The notes below the pieces were generated by a model. It was not told the origin of the DNA and did not search any database. It saw nothing but the letters and a program-made list of their open reading frames with translations. From the human T2T-CHM13v2.0 reference genome, Homo sapiens, in NCBI RefSeq assembly GCF_009914755.1, contig NC_060925.1: a DNA stretch of 64,000 bases. The stretch is one strand, 5' to 3'. The position numbers were made by a program, and so were the translations under genes. Shown one piece after another: positions 1 through 11,384 of this stretch (position 1 is the stretch's first letter; each line of letters starts with the position of its first letter).

Positions 1-401
1 GTACAAGGCATTTGGGAGTATACACCAAGGACTTCCAATCTCATTCAAGGAACAATTGGAAAAGGAGTCCCAAAGAAGAGGCTGATAATCTGAGATTACC
101 ACTTTGCTATAGAATGGGTAAGAGTTAATCTGGCCAAGTGGAGCAGTGGGATTGGGGCGGGTGTGCCCATCGGAGTGGGCAACAACAATCACAGTGAAAC
201 TTCAATGTCTTCCACCATGAGCCAGGTAAGTCCCTTAGGACAGGGACTGTTCTAAGCACTTGACATGTGTTAAGTCATTTAATTCTCACAGAAGCGCCAT
301 GATAGAAAGTCCAGAGGAAGAAAGAGGTTTAGTAGGTCTGAGGCAGATGCTTAGGGAGAGAGGATGCTGCAGAAAAAAGCAGGGACATAGACAAAGTAAA
401 C

Positions 402-583
402 AGGGTTGCCAATAAAATTCGAGATACTCAGTTTGAATTTCATATAAGCAACAAGTTTGTTTTTAATATAAGTATATCTCAAATATTGCATGAGATATAC
501 TTATGCTAAAAGAATTGATGTTTATCTGCAATTCAAATATAAATGGGTGTCCTAGATTTCTATTTGTTAAATATGGCAACCTT
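402..583. mobile_element. MER53 palindromic non-autonomous DNA transposon (MITE)
   Basis: Termini AGGGTTGCCA...TGGCAACCTT, ~180 bp, central inverted repeat ATAAGTATATCTCA/TGAGATATACTTAT; resembles the recalled MER53 consensus. Confidence 0.85.
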
Positions 584-589
584 TGTTTG

Positions 590-760
590 TGAGCCATGTT
601 GAAGGGTTCAGCTGCTGGCCTCAGAGCAGTGAGGGCTCTTGGAAGGTTTTAAGGAGAGTGGCACGGCCAACTCTGTGCAGTAGAAAATCGCTTTGGCTGC
701 ATTATGGAGAGAAGCCCAGAGGCAGGGAGGCAGTTTAAAGAGCACAGTTCTAAGTCTATG
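590..760 (-). mobile_element. L2 LINE fragment
   Basis: GAGCCATGTTGAAGGG...GGAAGGTTTTAAGGAGAG...TTTGGCTGCATTATGGAGA resembles antisense L2. Confidence 0.5.
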
Positions 761-1254
761 GAAAGCACCTGTTCTCCAGGTCACAGCACACATCAGCCAA
801 GCGTGTTGCTACGTTTCCCATGCCCATCTCAAGTAGCCCAGGTGCTCACTAAGTAAGCATTGAGCACCTGCAACATGGAGATCCCAGAACGGCTTTTGAA
901 CCTGGTTAGACCAGTGCCACGATAAGTGATAGGCCCCTGAAGAGCCCAGGTAATGGGCTTCTAAATCAGGCCTTGGGCAGTGAGCCACAGAGCAAATCAA
1001 AGAAGGCTTTAGGGAGGCTTGAGCTGGGTTCTGATGGATGCATTAGGAATTCAGCTCTCTCTGCTACAGCTGCTAAAGTATATCCTAACTAACACTCTCT
1101 TAGACTGTGCCTGCTTCTGTACCCGTGGCTTTATGAGTTGGTCTGTGTGTAGTTGTATCTTCTACTTCATATTAAAGGAACATGTTTCCTTTTCCTGTGG
1201 CTATTGGCATCTTTCCATCAATCATATCACTGTCACCTTGAGACAGTCACACCC

Positions 1255-1700
1255 CAGGGAATAAGGGAAGGGTGTCCAAGCCATGGAAATGGCCTGTGCA
1301 CCAGTGTGGAGACAGAGAGCAGCATGATGCCTTCTGGAAAGTGTGAGGAGCTCTCTGGAATAGGAGGGGCTGGTGAATGAGGGGAACAGTAGTAAGAGCT
1401 GGCAAGACCAAGCTGGCAAGACCTAACAGTAGTAAGAGCTGGCAAGATCTGGAATTGGAGGGGCTGGTGGGTAAGGAGAACAGTAGTAAGAGCTGGCAAG
1501 CCCTAGGTCATGAAGAGCTTTGTGCCTTAAGACATGGAAACTTTCACTAAATACTTGTGGAGAGACACTGAAGGATTGCAAGCATACGACTGACATGATC
1601 AGACAGGATGGTCTCAGGAACCACTCTGAAGACAACTCTGGCTGTGTTTTGGTTGTTCTCAGAAGACAACTCTGGCTGCATTTTGGAGGGTGGTTTGAAA
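1255..1700 (-). mobile_element. L2 LINE fragment containing local duplications
   Basis: Purine-rich antisense L2-like motifs (GGCCTGTGCA...GTGGAG, CACTGAAGGATTGCAAGCA, CTCTGGCTGC). Confidence 0.45.
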
Positions 1701-1974
1701 AGAATCTACTGCTGCTGAGAGAACGTGAGAGCACTGGGTCTTGGAAGGAGACAGCAGCAAATCAGAGGAAAGAGACTCTTCTCTGGGTGTGTTTTGGAGC
1801 CACCCCTTTTCGCATTCAGGAAAGAGAGAAACCAAGAGACAGAGAATGCCAGAGAAAGGGTGGGGCCTGTTCTGTCTGTATTTACAAGTCTGAATTCACA
1901 TCCGTGGATTTTGAAGGTGTCTTTCCACCCAAGGACTTGAGAGCTGTTATAAGGCATAAAAGAGATTTCTCACT

Positions 1975-2452
1975 GTATTGGCTAAGCTTTTCCTGAAATC
2001 ATGCTACGTCCAAACCCCCACAAATGTAGTAGCTGAAAACAGGAGTCACTGATTGGTACAACTAGTGGAACTAGAGCTGTTGTAAGGGAAGAGTATATAT
2101 TTATTACGTTTATTTGGAGTTGCACCTATTTTCAAGCTGCCGGTCTGTAGATTAGCTAGAGTGCCCTTGCTTCAGACCCTAGGTCTGTAGGTCAACTGAA
2201 GAAATTCTGCCCCATGCATCTTATTCTGGAGCTCAGAATGTTCTTATCATGTAAGTTGAATGCTCCCAGAGGGCCAAGCAGAAAAGTATTAAGGTATCTC
2301 ATCTTAACACTTGGACCTCGCTCCTTGCTACCCAGATTCTGTTGGTCAAACAAGTCCCATCGCCAAGCTTCACATCAAGGGGGTGGGAGGCTATATTCCT
2401 CTCACAAAGGTGGAGGAGAAATTACATGTTGAGCAAATATCTAACTATCACA
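1975..2452 (-). mobile_element. Old MaLR LTR (MLT1-type)
   Basis: ATTCTGTTGGTCAAACAAGTCCCATCGCCAAGC...ATCAAGGGGTGGGAGG, ending ...CTAACTATCACA; typical antisense MLT1. Confidence 0.55.
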
Positions 2453-3057
2453 GTTACTACAGAGGGGGACTTACTAACCCAAGGTCAAACCTGCCTGATC
2501 ACAACAGAAGAAAGTGCCACACATGTGGTCATACCCTTCATTATGACGTGAGCGCTCTGTGCCTTGGGATTCCAGCTGAAGACCAGCATGCCCGCAAGAA
2601 GTCTAACCCTCTCCTGGTCTTTCTAAGAAAGGCATCTTGAATGAAGGCCAGAAATTAGGTAGGATCTGCATGTACTTTACAGGGGAAAGAGTATAGCAAA
2701 ACTTGCAGCTTTATCATGAAGAGTATTCACCCCAAAATTAAATCATAGCCAAATGAATATTGAGGCTCGTCCACTAGAGATCTATTTTGATGGGAGGCAG
2801 AGGAGCCTATTGGGAAGTGAATCACCCCAAGGAAAGAATGGGTGAGATGCATAAAGTGGTGAGTGGTCCATGGGGTGATATGAGAAGGGGGAGCTCCTAG
2901 CAGAGTGACTCATCTATTGCTCAGTGCCACTCAATTTCATGAACCTCTGTCTGGGTACAGGGTGAAAGGACGTTCATGGAGAGTGAACAGCTTCACAGTG
3001 CTTTTGCTGTATGGTTTCTAGGTGCTTTGGAACCAGGACTTTTTACAGCAACAAGTG

Positions 3058-3495
3058 TGTATCAGTGTAAGTTTCAACTACATATAAAGACCCCAAATGA
3101 AAGCAGCTTAAACAAACTTGTGTGGTGGTTCCTTGGTGTCATTATGGAGCAAGACTGTGTCATTCTCAGTAGGTGACTTCCATTCTCAAGGCCAGCTCAT
3201 GGTCTAGGAGGGCTGCTGGAGCTCCAACCATCACACCTGCATTCCAGACAAAGTAAGGAGGAAGGGAAAAGGAAGTGAAAGGGTATACCTTCATTGTTTT
3301 AAGATGTCTTTGAAGTCTCACGTTGCATTTCTGCTTCAATTCTATTGGTCAGAACTTACTTTCACAGCTGCTTGTAGCTGCAAGGACTACTGGGAAGTAG
3401 GATCTTTTCACTGGATGGCAATAAGTCTAGCTAAAAATTTAAGATTTTCAATAAGAAAAAAATGATAGTGGAAGACCACAGCATTCTCTCCCACA
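3058..3495 (-). mobile_element. Old MaLR LTR (MLT1J/K-like)
   Basis: TGTATCAG start, GCAGCTTAAACAA, GGCTGCTGGAGCTCCAACCATCACACCTGCATTCCAG, TTCTATTGGTCAGAACTTA...TAGCTGCAAGG. Confidence 0.6.
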
Positions 3496-5279
3496 AGGAG
3501 AAAACACCAATGTAGATATCCTTGATGTTGGGTGGCATTAACTTGATCTAGAGTTGGCAGTTCCTCTGGTTGAAGCACTGGTATCTGCCGTATTGCTGCA
3601 AGAACTGATCAGTTTGCTACTGTGAATATCAGAAGTCATCCCATAGTGACCTAGAGTGGAGAGGAGAAACAGGATGCACATTGATGGTTGCCAAGAAAAA
3701 TAATATGTAGGCACAATCGGACCCTAGCAGGAGGCTCCCAGAGAGCCCCACCGAGTCTGTTAGGATTAAACTAGGGAACTACTGTATGTGCCTGAAATTG
3801 TGAGTTCCTTCCTATCCCAGATGGGATAATCCAGGAGCCAAAAGTTATGAGCCTTAGTCTAGACCCATTGCTGTGTTTCCTTGGTCACACAGCATCCCAC
3901 ACCCTCCACCTCCCTGTGCCCCTGCCCCATAATTCTGCCCCGGATTCTTCACTGTCTGTGTTACTGAGCTATGGAAATTGTGTTCTGATCCACAGGGACT
4001 TCTTAAAGCTAAGAGCTTCTTGTGGGACCTGAAATTGTCCTCACAGTGATTTCATTCAAAGTAATAACAGCATCAGATGCTATAGAAATCTCATCCTCAT
4101 GATCATAAGCATTTATAATAGCCCATCATTGAGCAAGTGCTTACATTGGAGAGGAATTTCCATGGAGAAAGTCGATCTTTCCAAAAATGTTAATTTTTTG
4201 TGTGAGGAAATTAAATGAGATGCCAAATTGTCTCTGTCATTATGTTGCCCTTCCCTCCTGAGCATTTACTGCTCTGATCAGTATGACATTTTCACATGCA
4301 GCAATGCAGATGGGGAAATTTGCCTCCTGATGGAGACCCCTCATTTGCCCATTAGCCAGCCCTGCATAAGCAATCAATCGCCTGCTCCAATTTTAGGGCA
4401 GTCAGAGCATCAGAGCAGAGTTAGAGATCTCCAGACCCTGAAGATTTGGCCACCTTTTGAGAGGTGAACAAGGGAAGCTCTCCCCGTAACAACAAATAAA
4501 ATCAAGCCTCTGGGAGACAACAGTCTTGGAATATGTGCATGAGGAATTTGGGGACACCCAAGTCCTGACTTGTCTTGTTCCTTCATGAAAGACCAATCCC
4601 GGGTGATGTCCCTTACTCTCCCTAGCTATGGCTGGCTTCTCTTTACGATCCATTCCAGTTTCACACCCTGCTCTGCTGCCTCAAGCTACCTTGGGAAACA
4701 CCCACCTAGGGGACCCTGGTGAGCCAGCCCTGAGCACACCCCAGCTCTCTCACCCACTCACCTCAAGAGTAAACCCAGGCATCCAGCAAGGGGTCGTGTA
4801 CACAGGGTTATTGCACCCCTTGGGTACTGTAGTCATCTCCTCTAGGGATTACAAGCTTCTCAAAGCCCTAAGAAAAATATGAGGCATGAAAAAGGAAACT
4901 ATTGACTTCAAAATGAAAAAAGAAAGCAGCAAAATCAAAATGAATGTGTTTATGTAAATGCCTATGAAGTATAGCATTATGTCACCTTCATTAATTGTTA
5001 AATTTAATATTCATAAAAATGTCTTTACACTTAAAAGCTATTTGCAGGTTAGTTACTCAGAGCCAAATTATTTTAAAAGCAAAATCATAAAAATCCCCTC
5101 AATTTTTACAGCAAAAATTTATATTTGATGTGGGATGTGGGTATATTTAAATATGTTTGATGTGGTGTGGGGTAGAACCTCCAGAAATGTGCACTTAGGG
5201 CCTTTGAAAGTCATAAAATGCCTGTGAGTATGTGGTCTTGAAAGAATGTAATGAAATATTAAAGAATCTGTTAGATTGT

Positions 5280-5670
5280 ACACCAAGCCATCTAAATGCC
5301 ACTATGGCAGTGGTTACACAAATTATAGCAAACAATGGATTAGCATGCAACCATTAAAAAGAATGAAGTGAACTTATATGTGCTAATAGAAGAAGATATT
5401 CAAGATACACTGTTACATGAACAAAGAAAGTTGCAGAACGACATCTACAGTGTGTTTTATTCTGTGTCAAAATACTTTCTGTGTGTGAGTACACAAATAA
5501 TTATGTAAATGTATGCTGTTATATAGGTGAAAAAAGTGTCAAAGGATCCACAGAAAGAGCAGTAATTTACCTCTGAAGATCAGAAATGAGGGGTTAGGAG
5601 ATGGGGGACATCTATTTTCATGTTTATAATACTCTATAATATTTATCTAAATTGCAAGAAAAAAATGATA
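5280..5670 (+). mobile_element. Old L1 (L1ME/MC-type) 3' fragment
   Basis: CCATTAAAAAGAATGAAGTGAACTTATATGTGCTAATAGAAGAAGATATTCAAGATACACTGTTA is characteristic of L1M 3' ends. Confidence 0.65.
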
Positions 5671-6002
5671 GGTGCATATATTACTTCTATAATTTTCAAA
5701 CAACAGCAACAAAATTGCAGAAGGGAGTGATATGCAGGAAGACCTGAAAGGGAGAAGTTTGCAAACGAGGAACTGGCACTGTTGATCTAGCACCGTCCAT
5801 GGGCTACACCTCCGAGCATGGCTGACGTGGCTACCGAAGTGAGCAGAAGGGGCATCCATGGATGGTTCAGCTGACTCAGCAGAGCCTGGAGGACACAACC
5901 CTGCAGATTTTTGTCCTTGCTTTGCTCAAATTCCATATGCATTAAGCAACCTTCTGATTCAATGTAGTTTCATGATGCAACCAACATTTATTGAGCATTA
6001 AT

Positions 6003-6496
6003 TGTATTAGTTTTCTGCAGCTTCTTTAACAAATAGACACACATTTAGTGTATTTTCTTACAGTTCTGGAGGTCGGAAGTTCTAAATGAGTCTCACTTAT
6101 TTAGGTCGGAAGTTCTAAATGAGCTAAAATTAAGGGGCTAGCAGGGCTGCATTTCTTTCTGGAGGGTATAAAGGAGAATCCATTTTCTTGTCTCTTGCAG
6201 CTTCTAGAGGCTGTATTCCTTGGCTGGTGGCTTGTTTCCATCTTCAAAGCCAGCAGCGCTGCATCTTCAAATTTCTCTCTGACTCTGATCTTCCGCCTCC
6301 CTCTTCTGTGTATAAGGACCCTAGTGATTACATTGGGCCCCCCTGAAAAAAATCCGGATGCTCTCCCCTTCTCAAGGTCTGAGGATTAGCAACTTTAATT
6401 CCACCTGCAAATTTAATTCCCCTTCGCCATGTCACTCAACATATTCACAGCTTCCGGGTACTAGGACATTTTGTGGGCCATTATGCTGCAACCACA
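6003..6496 (-). mobile_element. MLT1B/C-type MaLR solo LTR inserted into an L2
   Basis: Starts TGTATTAGTTTTCT, TTCTTACAGTTCTGGAGG, AAGGACCCTAGTGATTACATTGGGCCC, ends ACCACA; L2 sequence (CATTTATTGAGCA ... CCTTGCCCTCAGG) on both sides. Confidence 0.8.
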
Positions 6497-8239
6497 CCAA
6501 TTAAACGCTAAGTGCAGCTCAAGAATCTAAGAATACAGTAGTGAGCCAGATACAATCCTTGCCCTCAGGACCTCTTACTCTAGAGAGGAGGCAGGCAGCA
6601 TGCTGGATCCTCCAGGTAGACCTGCAGGTAGGAAGGGGTGGCCAAAACCAGTTTTGAGATTTTTAGCTCACCCTCCATCTCAAAGGTATAATGGGTCACA
6701 TTTGAATGTCGGAGGATGAGAGGTGGGGTGATTTATTAAAGAGAGCTGTCTGTGAACTGTGTGCCCACCACCACCCCACAGGGAAGGGAGGTACAATCCC
6801 CCTCACCTTAAGCCAAGTGGAGAAGGAGGCTCCGAGGGGACCTCTTGGAAAGCTTGATATGTGTGCCTTGGAAATAGAGGGAGACAATGTTCTGGTTTCT
6901 GACACTCATTTAAAGCAAAAGCTCAAGGCTCAGCTGATGGGGTGAAGGAGGCTGCGCTGGGGATACCAACAGAGCAGAGTGACGTGGAGGCCAGGTTGCC
7001 CAGGAGTCAAGTGGACTCACAGAGACAACTAGTCTGGAGACATCGTCAAAAGGAATTTTCCCAAGAAGGGTCCTTGAATTAGCATTGTACATTACTCAAG
7101 CCCAGAGAGAATCCATGCCAATCACTGCCAGTCCAGTAAGGCCTGACCTTTCTCTCTCTCCCTCTTCCTGCTTATCCCTGAGGAGTCACTGACAGCCTGG
7201 GGAGGGGTGAAGGTGGAGGGAGGGATGGGCAAAGAGAGGAATGGAGAAGCAACCTCTCACCCTTCTGCCTCTGCCCCCACTCCCCCAAAGCAGGCTCAAG
7301 CTCAGGAGAGGGAAGAACTGTCACTTTAAATACAGCTTTGAGATTTAACTACTACACTGCACTGGATATGGTAACTACTGAAACCAGATAATTTGGTGCC
7401 CGAAGGTGACCACAAGACTTTATTATAAAGGTGTGACCAGCCCACATTAGGAGATCAGCTGAAGATTTCACCCAAGAGGTAGGGAAGTGGAATTTAAAAG
7501 GATAAGTTTAAGCAAAGGGTGTTTTTTGCTTTCACCCCAGCATCCCGCTCATTCGGTGGAAGCATCGCAGATGCTTTGCTTCTCCTCTGAGGCCAAAGTC
7601 CACGCTGAACTCCAGGCCACTCGGCTGAGGCCTTGGCATCCAGTTCCCTTCTTGCCAAAGCCTCCCTCTAGGGTTGCCGATCCCCATCCTAGATTTTCTA
7701 CTTCTTGATTGGTGCTCACCCACTGACTGGCTCCTAATGGCCCAAATCCATCCTGCCCTCAGGTTTCCAGATTTCCTTCAGTAGCCAGGTTCTAACCCCA
7801 CCCAATTTCTCCCCTCTCACCCCACCATGCTCCAGGCTGTCCTTCAGATGCACCAGAGTCTGTCTGGTTTGGACAAATAAATCTGTGCTTTCTCTCTCGG
7901 GCCCTCGTGACCAAGGCGGGAGCATTTGTAGTTGCTCCAGTGGTCTCTGGAGTACAGACTGAGCCTGCTGAATGGTTAGAGTAGGGAGAAGCTGGGCTCC
8001 TGCTCTGAGGGGCTTCCTTCCAGGTGTCCAGGACATGGGCACTTGTAAGCCTCCTGTTAATTGCACCTCTGGCCTGCTTGTGAAAATACATCCAGGGGAG
8101 AGAAGGGTTGAAATTCTCAATGGATTCACAGTTTCACTGTCTAACGCTGGTTTGCCTTTGCAGTCTTACATCTGACCACACATACACCTGCAGCCTCACT
8201 GAGTCCACACTGGGCAGCTGTCCGAAGACAATGTCGATG

Positions 8240-8480
8240 ACAACAACAGTAGCTAATACATGTATAGAGCTTACTGTGTGCCAGACACTCTTCTGAGCTC
8301 TTTATGTGTATTAACTTCTAAAATCTCCACTCCTATCCAATTGGTACTATTATTGTTTTGTTTATAGGTGAAGAAGCTGTGGCACAGAGATGTTAACATG
8401 CCCAGAGTCGCACAGCTAGTAAGGGGCAGAGTCTTGTTCCAGCCTTCACATTTTGGCTCAAGTTCTTCTGCTTAACTGCC
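8240..8480 (-). mobile_element. MIR SINE
   Basis: GAGCTTACTGTGTGCCAGACACT...GGTGAAGAAGCTGTGGCACAGAGATGTTAA...CCCAGAGTCGCACAGCTAGTAAG. Confidence 0.8.
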
Positions 8481-8489
8481 ATGCTCTGC

Positions 8490-8770
8490 TATTTGCCTTT
8501 GCTCATACTGTTCCCTGTGCCTAAGGCGCTCTTTCCCTTCTTATTCTCTCCTTGAAGTCCTACTCATCCTTCAAGGTCCAGCTCAGAGGTGTTCTTCTGT
8601 CTTCAATTCCCTGGTCCCCGCCCCCATCCCCTGAGGAAGACTCCTCGGCCTGTCTGGGCTGTCAGTGCACTTGCTACCCACTTCAGTTAGAGGAGTGCAT
8701 TGCACTGCCTGCATTGTTGGTTCCCAGGTCTGTCTTCTCATGTGGATGGTAGCTCCAGAGGCAGACACAG
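8490..8770 (+). mobile_element. L2 fragment
   Basis: CCTTTGCTCATACTGTTCCCTGTGCCT...TCCTACTCATCCTTCAAGGTCCAGCTCA. Confidence 0.6.
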
Positions 8771-9084
8771 TTTCTTTGTAGCCTCGGAACTTATTGCAGA
8801 AGTGCTGATGGACTGAAGTGAATTTTCCCTGGGTCTCACACCTATGATTGTATCCCATCCCCCTGATTCATGCAAGTTGATTGTGAAGATGTGGGCTGTT
8901 GGGCTCTTTGACATGGCTGGGGCACCTTGAGAAGAGCTCAGAGTCTGGATCAAGAGCTGAGGCCAGTGCAGTGTTTAATGCTGAAGGGCTACATGGAGCC
9001 TGATGGACTCCTTTCATCTCCTCCCCTGGGGACCTGTGTGCTTCAGTTTGCTTTGTTCTCACAACCTCAGCGAAAGCCTGGCTA

Positions 9085-9546
<462 letters not shown>

Positions 9547-10289
9547 TTACCCCTGCCCAAACTGCTGCCTCCATTACTCAGAATCCTTGGGAATGAGGCC
9601 ATTGTCCGAAAGGCCAACTCTTGGCCAAGTATCCAACTGGAGAAAAATCCCTAGTCCAGGCTGACTAGGAAAAAGGGATGGGGCTGAGGCTGAAAGCTAT
9701 TGCATAAGTTGGCAGTAGGGGAGCTCCAGTATGTTCTTTTCCAAGGCCCTCTACAGGCATCCCTGGACACCTCAGGCTTCTCACTTGCATGCTAAAAGCA
9801 GAATCACTTACTATTGCCACTCATGTATTTCATAGAGCCTCAGAACCAGAATCAGACTGCAGGCAAGGCAGTGTCCAGCTGCCAACTCCTCATTCATACT
9901 AGATGTTCAAAGCATGAGGCATCTGTGGGAGAGTCAGGTAAATCAACCCTGTGAGCAGCTGCATACAGGGGTCTGGGCCAAGGCCAGGGAAGAAGTGGGA
10001 CCCTTCAGCTGTACACTATCCACAGGATGCACTGCTAGCTTATCCATGGACCCTGGAGTCTAGCAGAAGGGTAGAACATGCACACACATTGCACATACAC
10101 ACATGTTCCCATACACATGCACACATCACTGGAAGAACTGTCTGGTGGCACAGCCTGGGAGCTCTGAGGAGGAGGCAATAGTATGTGCTGGGAATGCCAG
10201 GGAAGATTCCTGGAATAGTGGGCTTGGTGGGTAGGTGGAGCCAGGCTAAGGAGAATAAAGAAGCTGAGTGCCATTTAGAGTGGCTGCGT

Positions 10290-10606
10290 CTCCTGCCCAT
10301 TCATGTTTCAGCTCAACTGTCACCTGGTATGGCTTTCCACTGCCTCCCTAGAAAACAAACCCCCCTGTCACTTCCCATCCCATTACTCTGTTTTATTCTC
10401 TTCTGAGGACTTACCCTATTTGAAATTATCTGTTTTTATTTGCTTGTCGACTTGTTTGTTTATATGTTTACATGTTTATTGTAAATCTAATTCCATCAGG
10501 GTGTAAACCTCCATTCAGGCAGGGACTTTACTGTTTTGTTCATCCCTGTATTCCCACTGCCTGGTACATTTCAAGTGTTTAGTTTTTGAGTGAATAAATG
10601 AATGCA
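10290..10606 (+). mobile_element. L2 3' end
   Basis: GGCAGGGACTTTACTGTTTTGTTCATCCCTGTATTCCCA...GAGTGAATAAATGAATG terminus. Confidence 0.75.
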
Positions 10607-11384
10607 TGAGCTCATGAGTGGAAAGATCAAATAGAAACATGCACAACTATACTGCCAGCAGGAGACTTTTCTGTGCTCCCTTTGCTTTATTTGTGAGAGA
10701 GGCAGCCTTTAATTTTGCTGATCTGAACCCCCACCCCTTGAGATTTATGAAGCCCTACCCGCTGCCTGTGAGCCATGGCCTTAGGAATAGCTGTGACAGA
10801 TCCACCTGTGGTCATCACTGTGGCTGCATGCCCCAAACCAGCCAGCCTAGACAGACACCCTAACATCCACTTCTACTTTTAGGTCTCTCTATAGCCCAAA
10901 TCACCTGCTGCAATAACCTGATCAGGAACTTGGGGGTTCTTATTTCCTATTAGTGAAAATATTCATTTGTGGAAATTCTGGAGACAATGCCATGCATTTG
11001 TCACTTTTATCCCGGCTGGAGTGGAGCTGGAGGCATTCAGACATATCAATATGCAACCATGAATATCAGGACATATATCTTTCGCTGGGAAAATGTACAA
11101 GGGGCTTCAGCCTCAAAATAAAACTCTTAGCCAGAGGGAGGACTTAGTGATCTGAGGAATGTCTTTTAAGCCTGAGTCTCTCTGGACCAAAGGGTGGAAT
11201 TATTACAAGGTAAATAAATCAGTCCTGTTCCTCTTCTAGGATCAGGTAGCTTTGAGAACTTTAGTGACCCCAGAAACCTTGGATAAACCATTAGAGCTTG
11301 ACTGTAAATCTGAAAGCAATCCTTCTTCTCTTTTAAAAAGAAAACCTTTGAAAATGATGTCAATTATCCCCGCCTTAAAATAAA

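Noticed and set aside
1385-1500. CRISPR-like repeat-spacer pattern (three 22-bp repeats)
   Set aside because: Primate DNA with no cas genes; spacers are unequal and derived from the repeat or its flank, so it is a local duplication
1520-1996. 158-aa ORF
   Set aside because: Starts at a non-ATG codon, partly overlaps L2-like sequence, and has no recognisable domain or exon context
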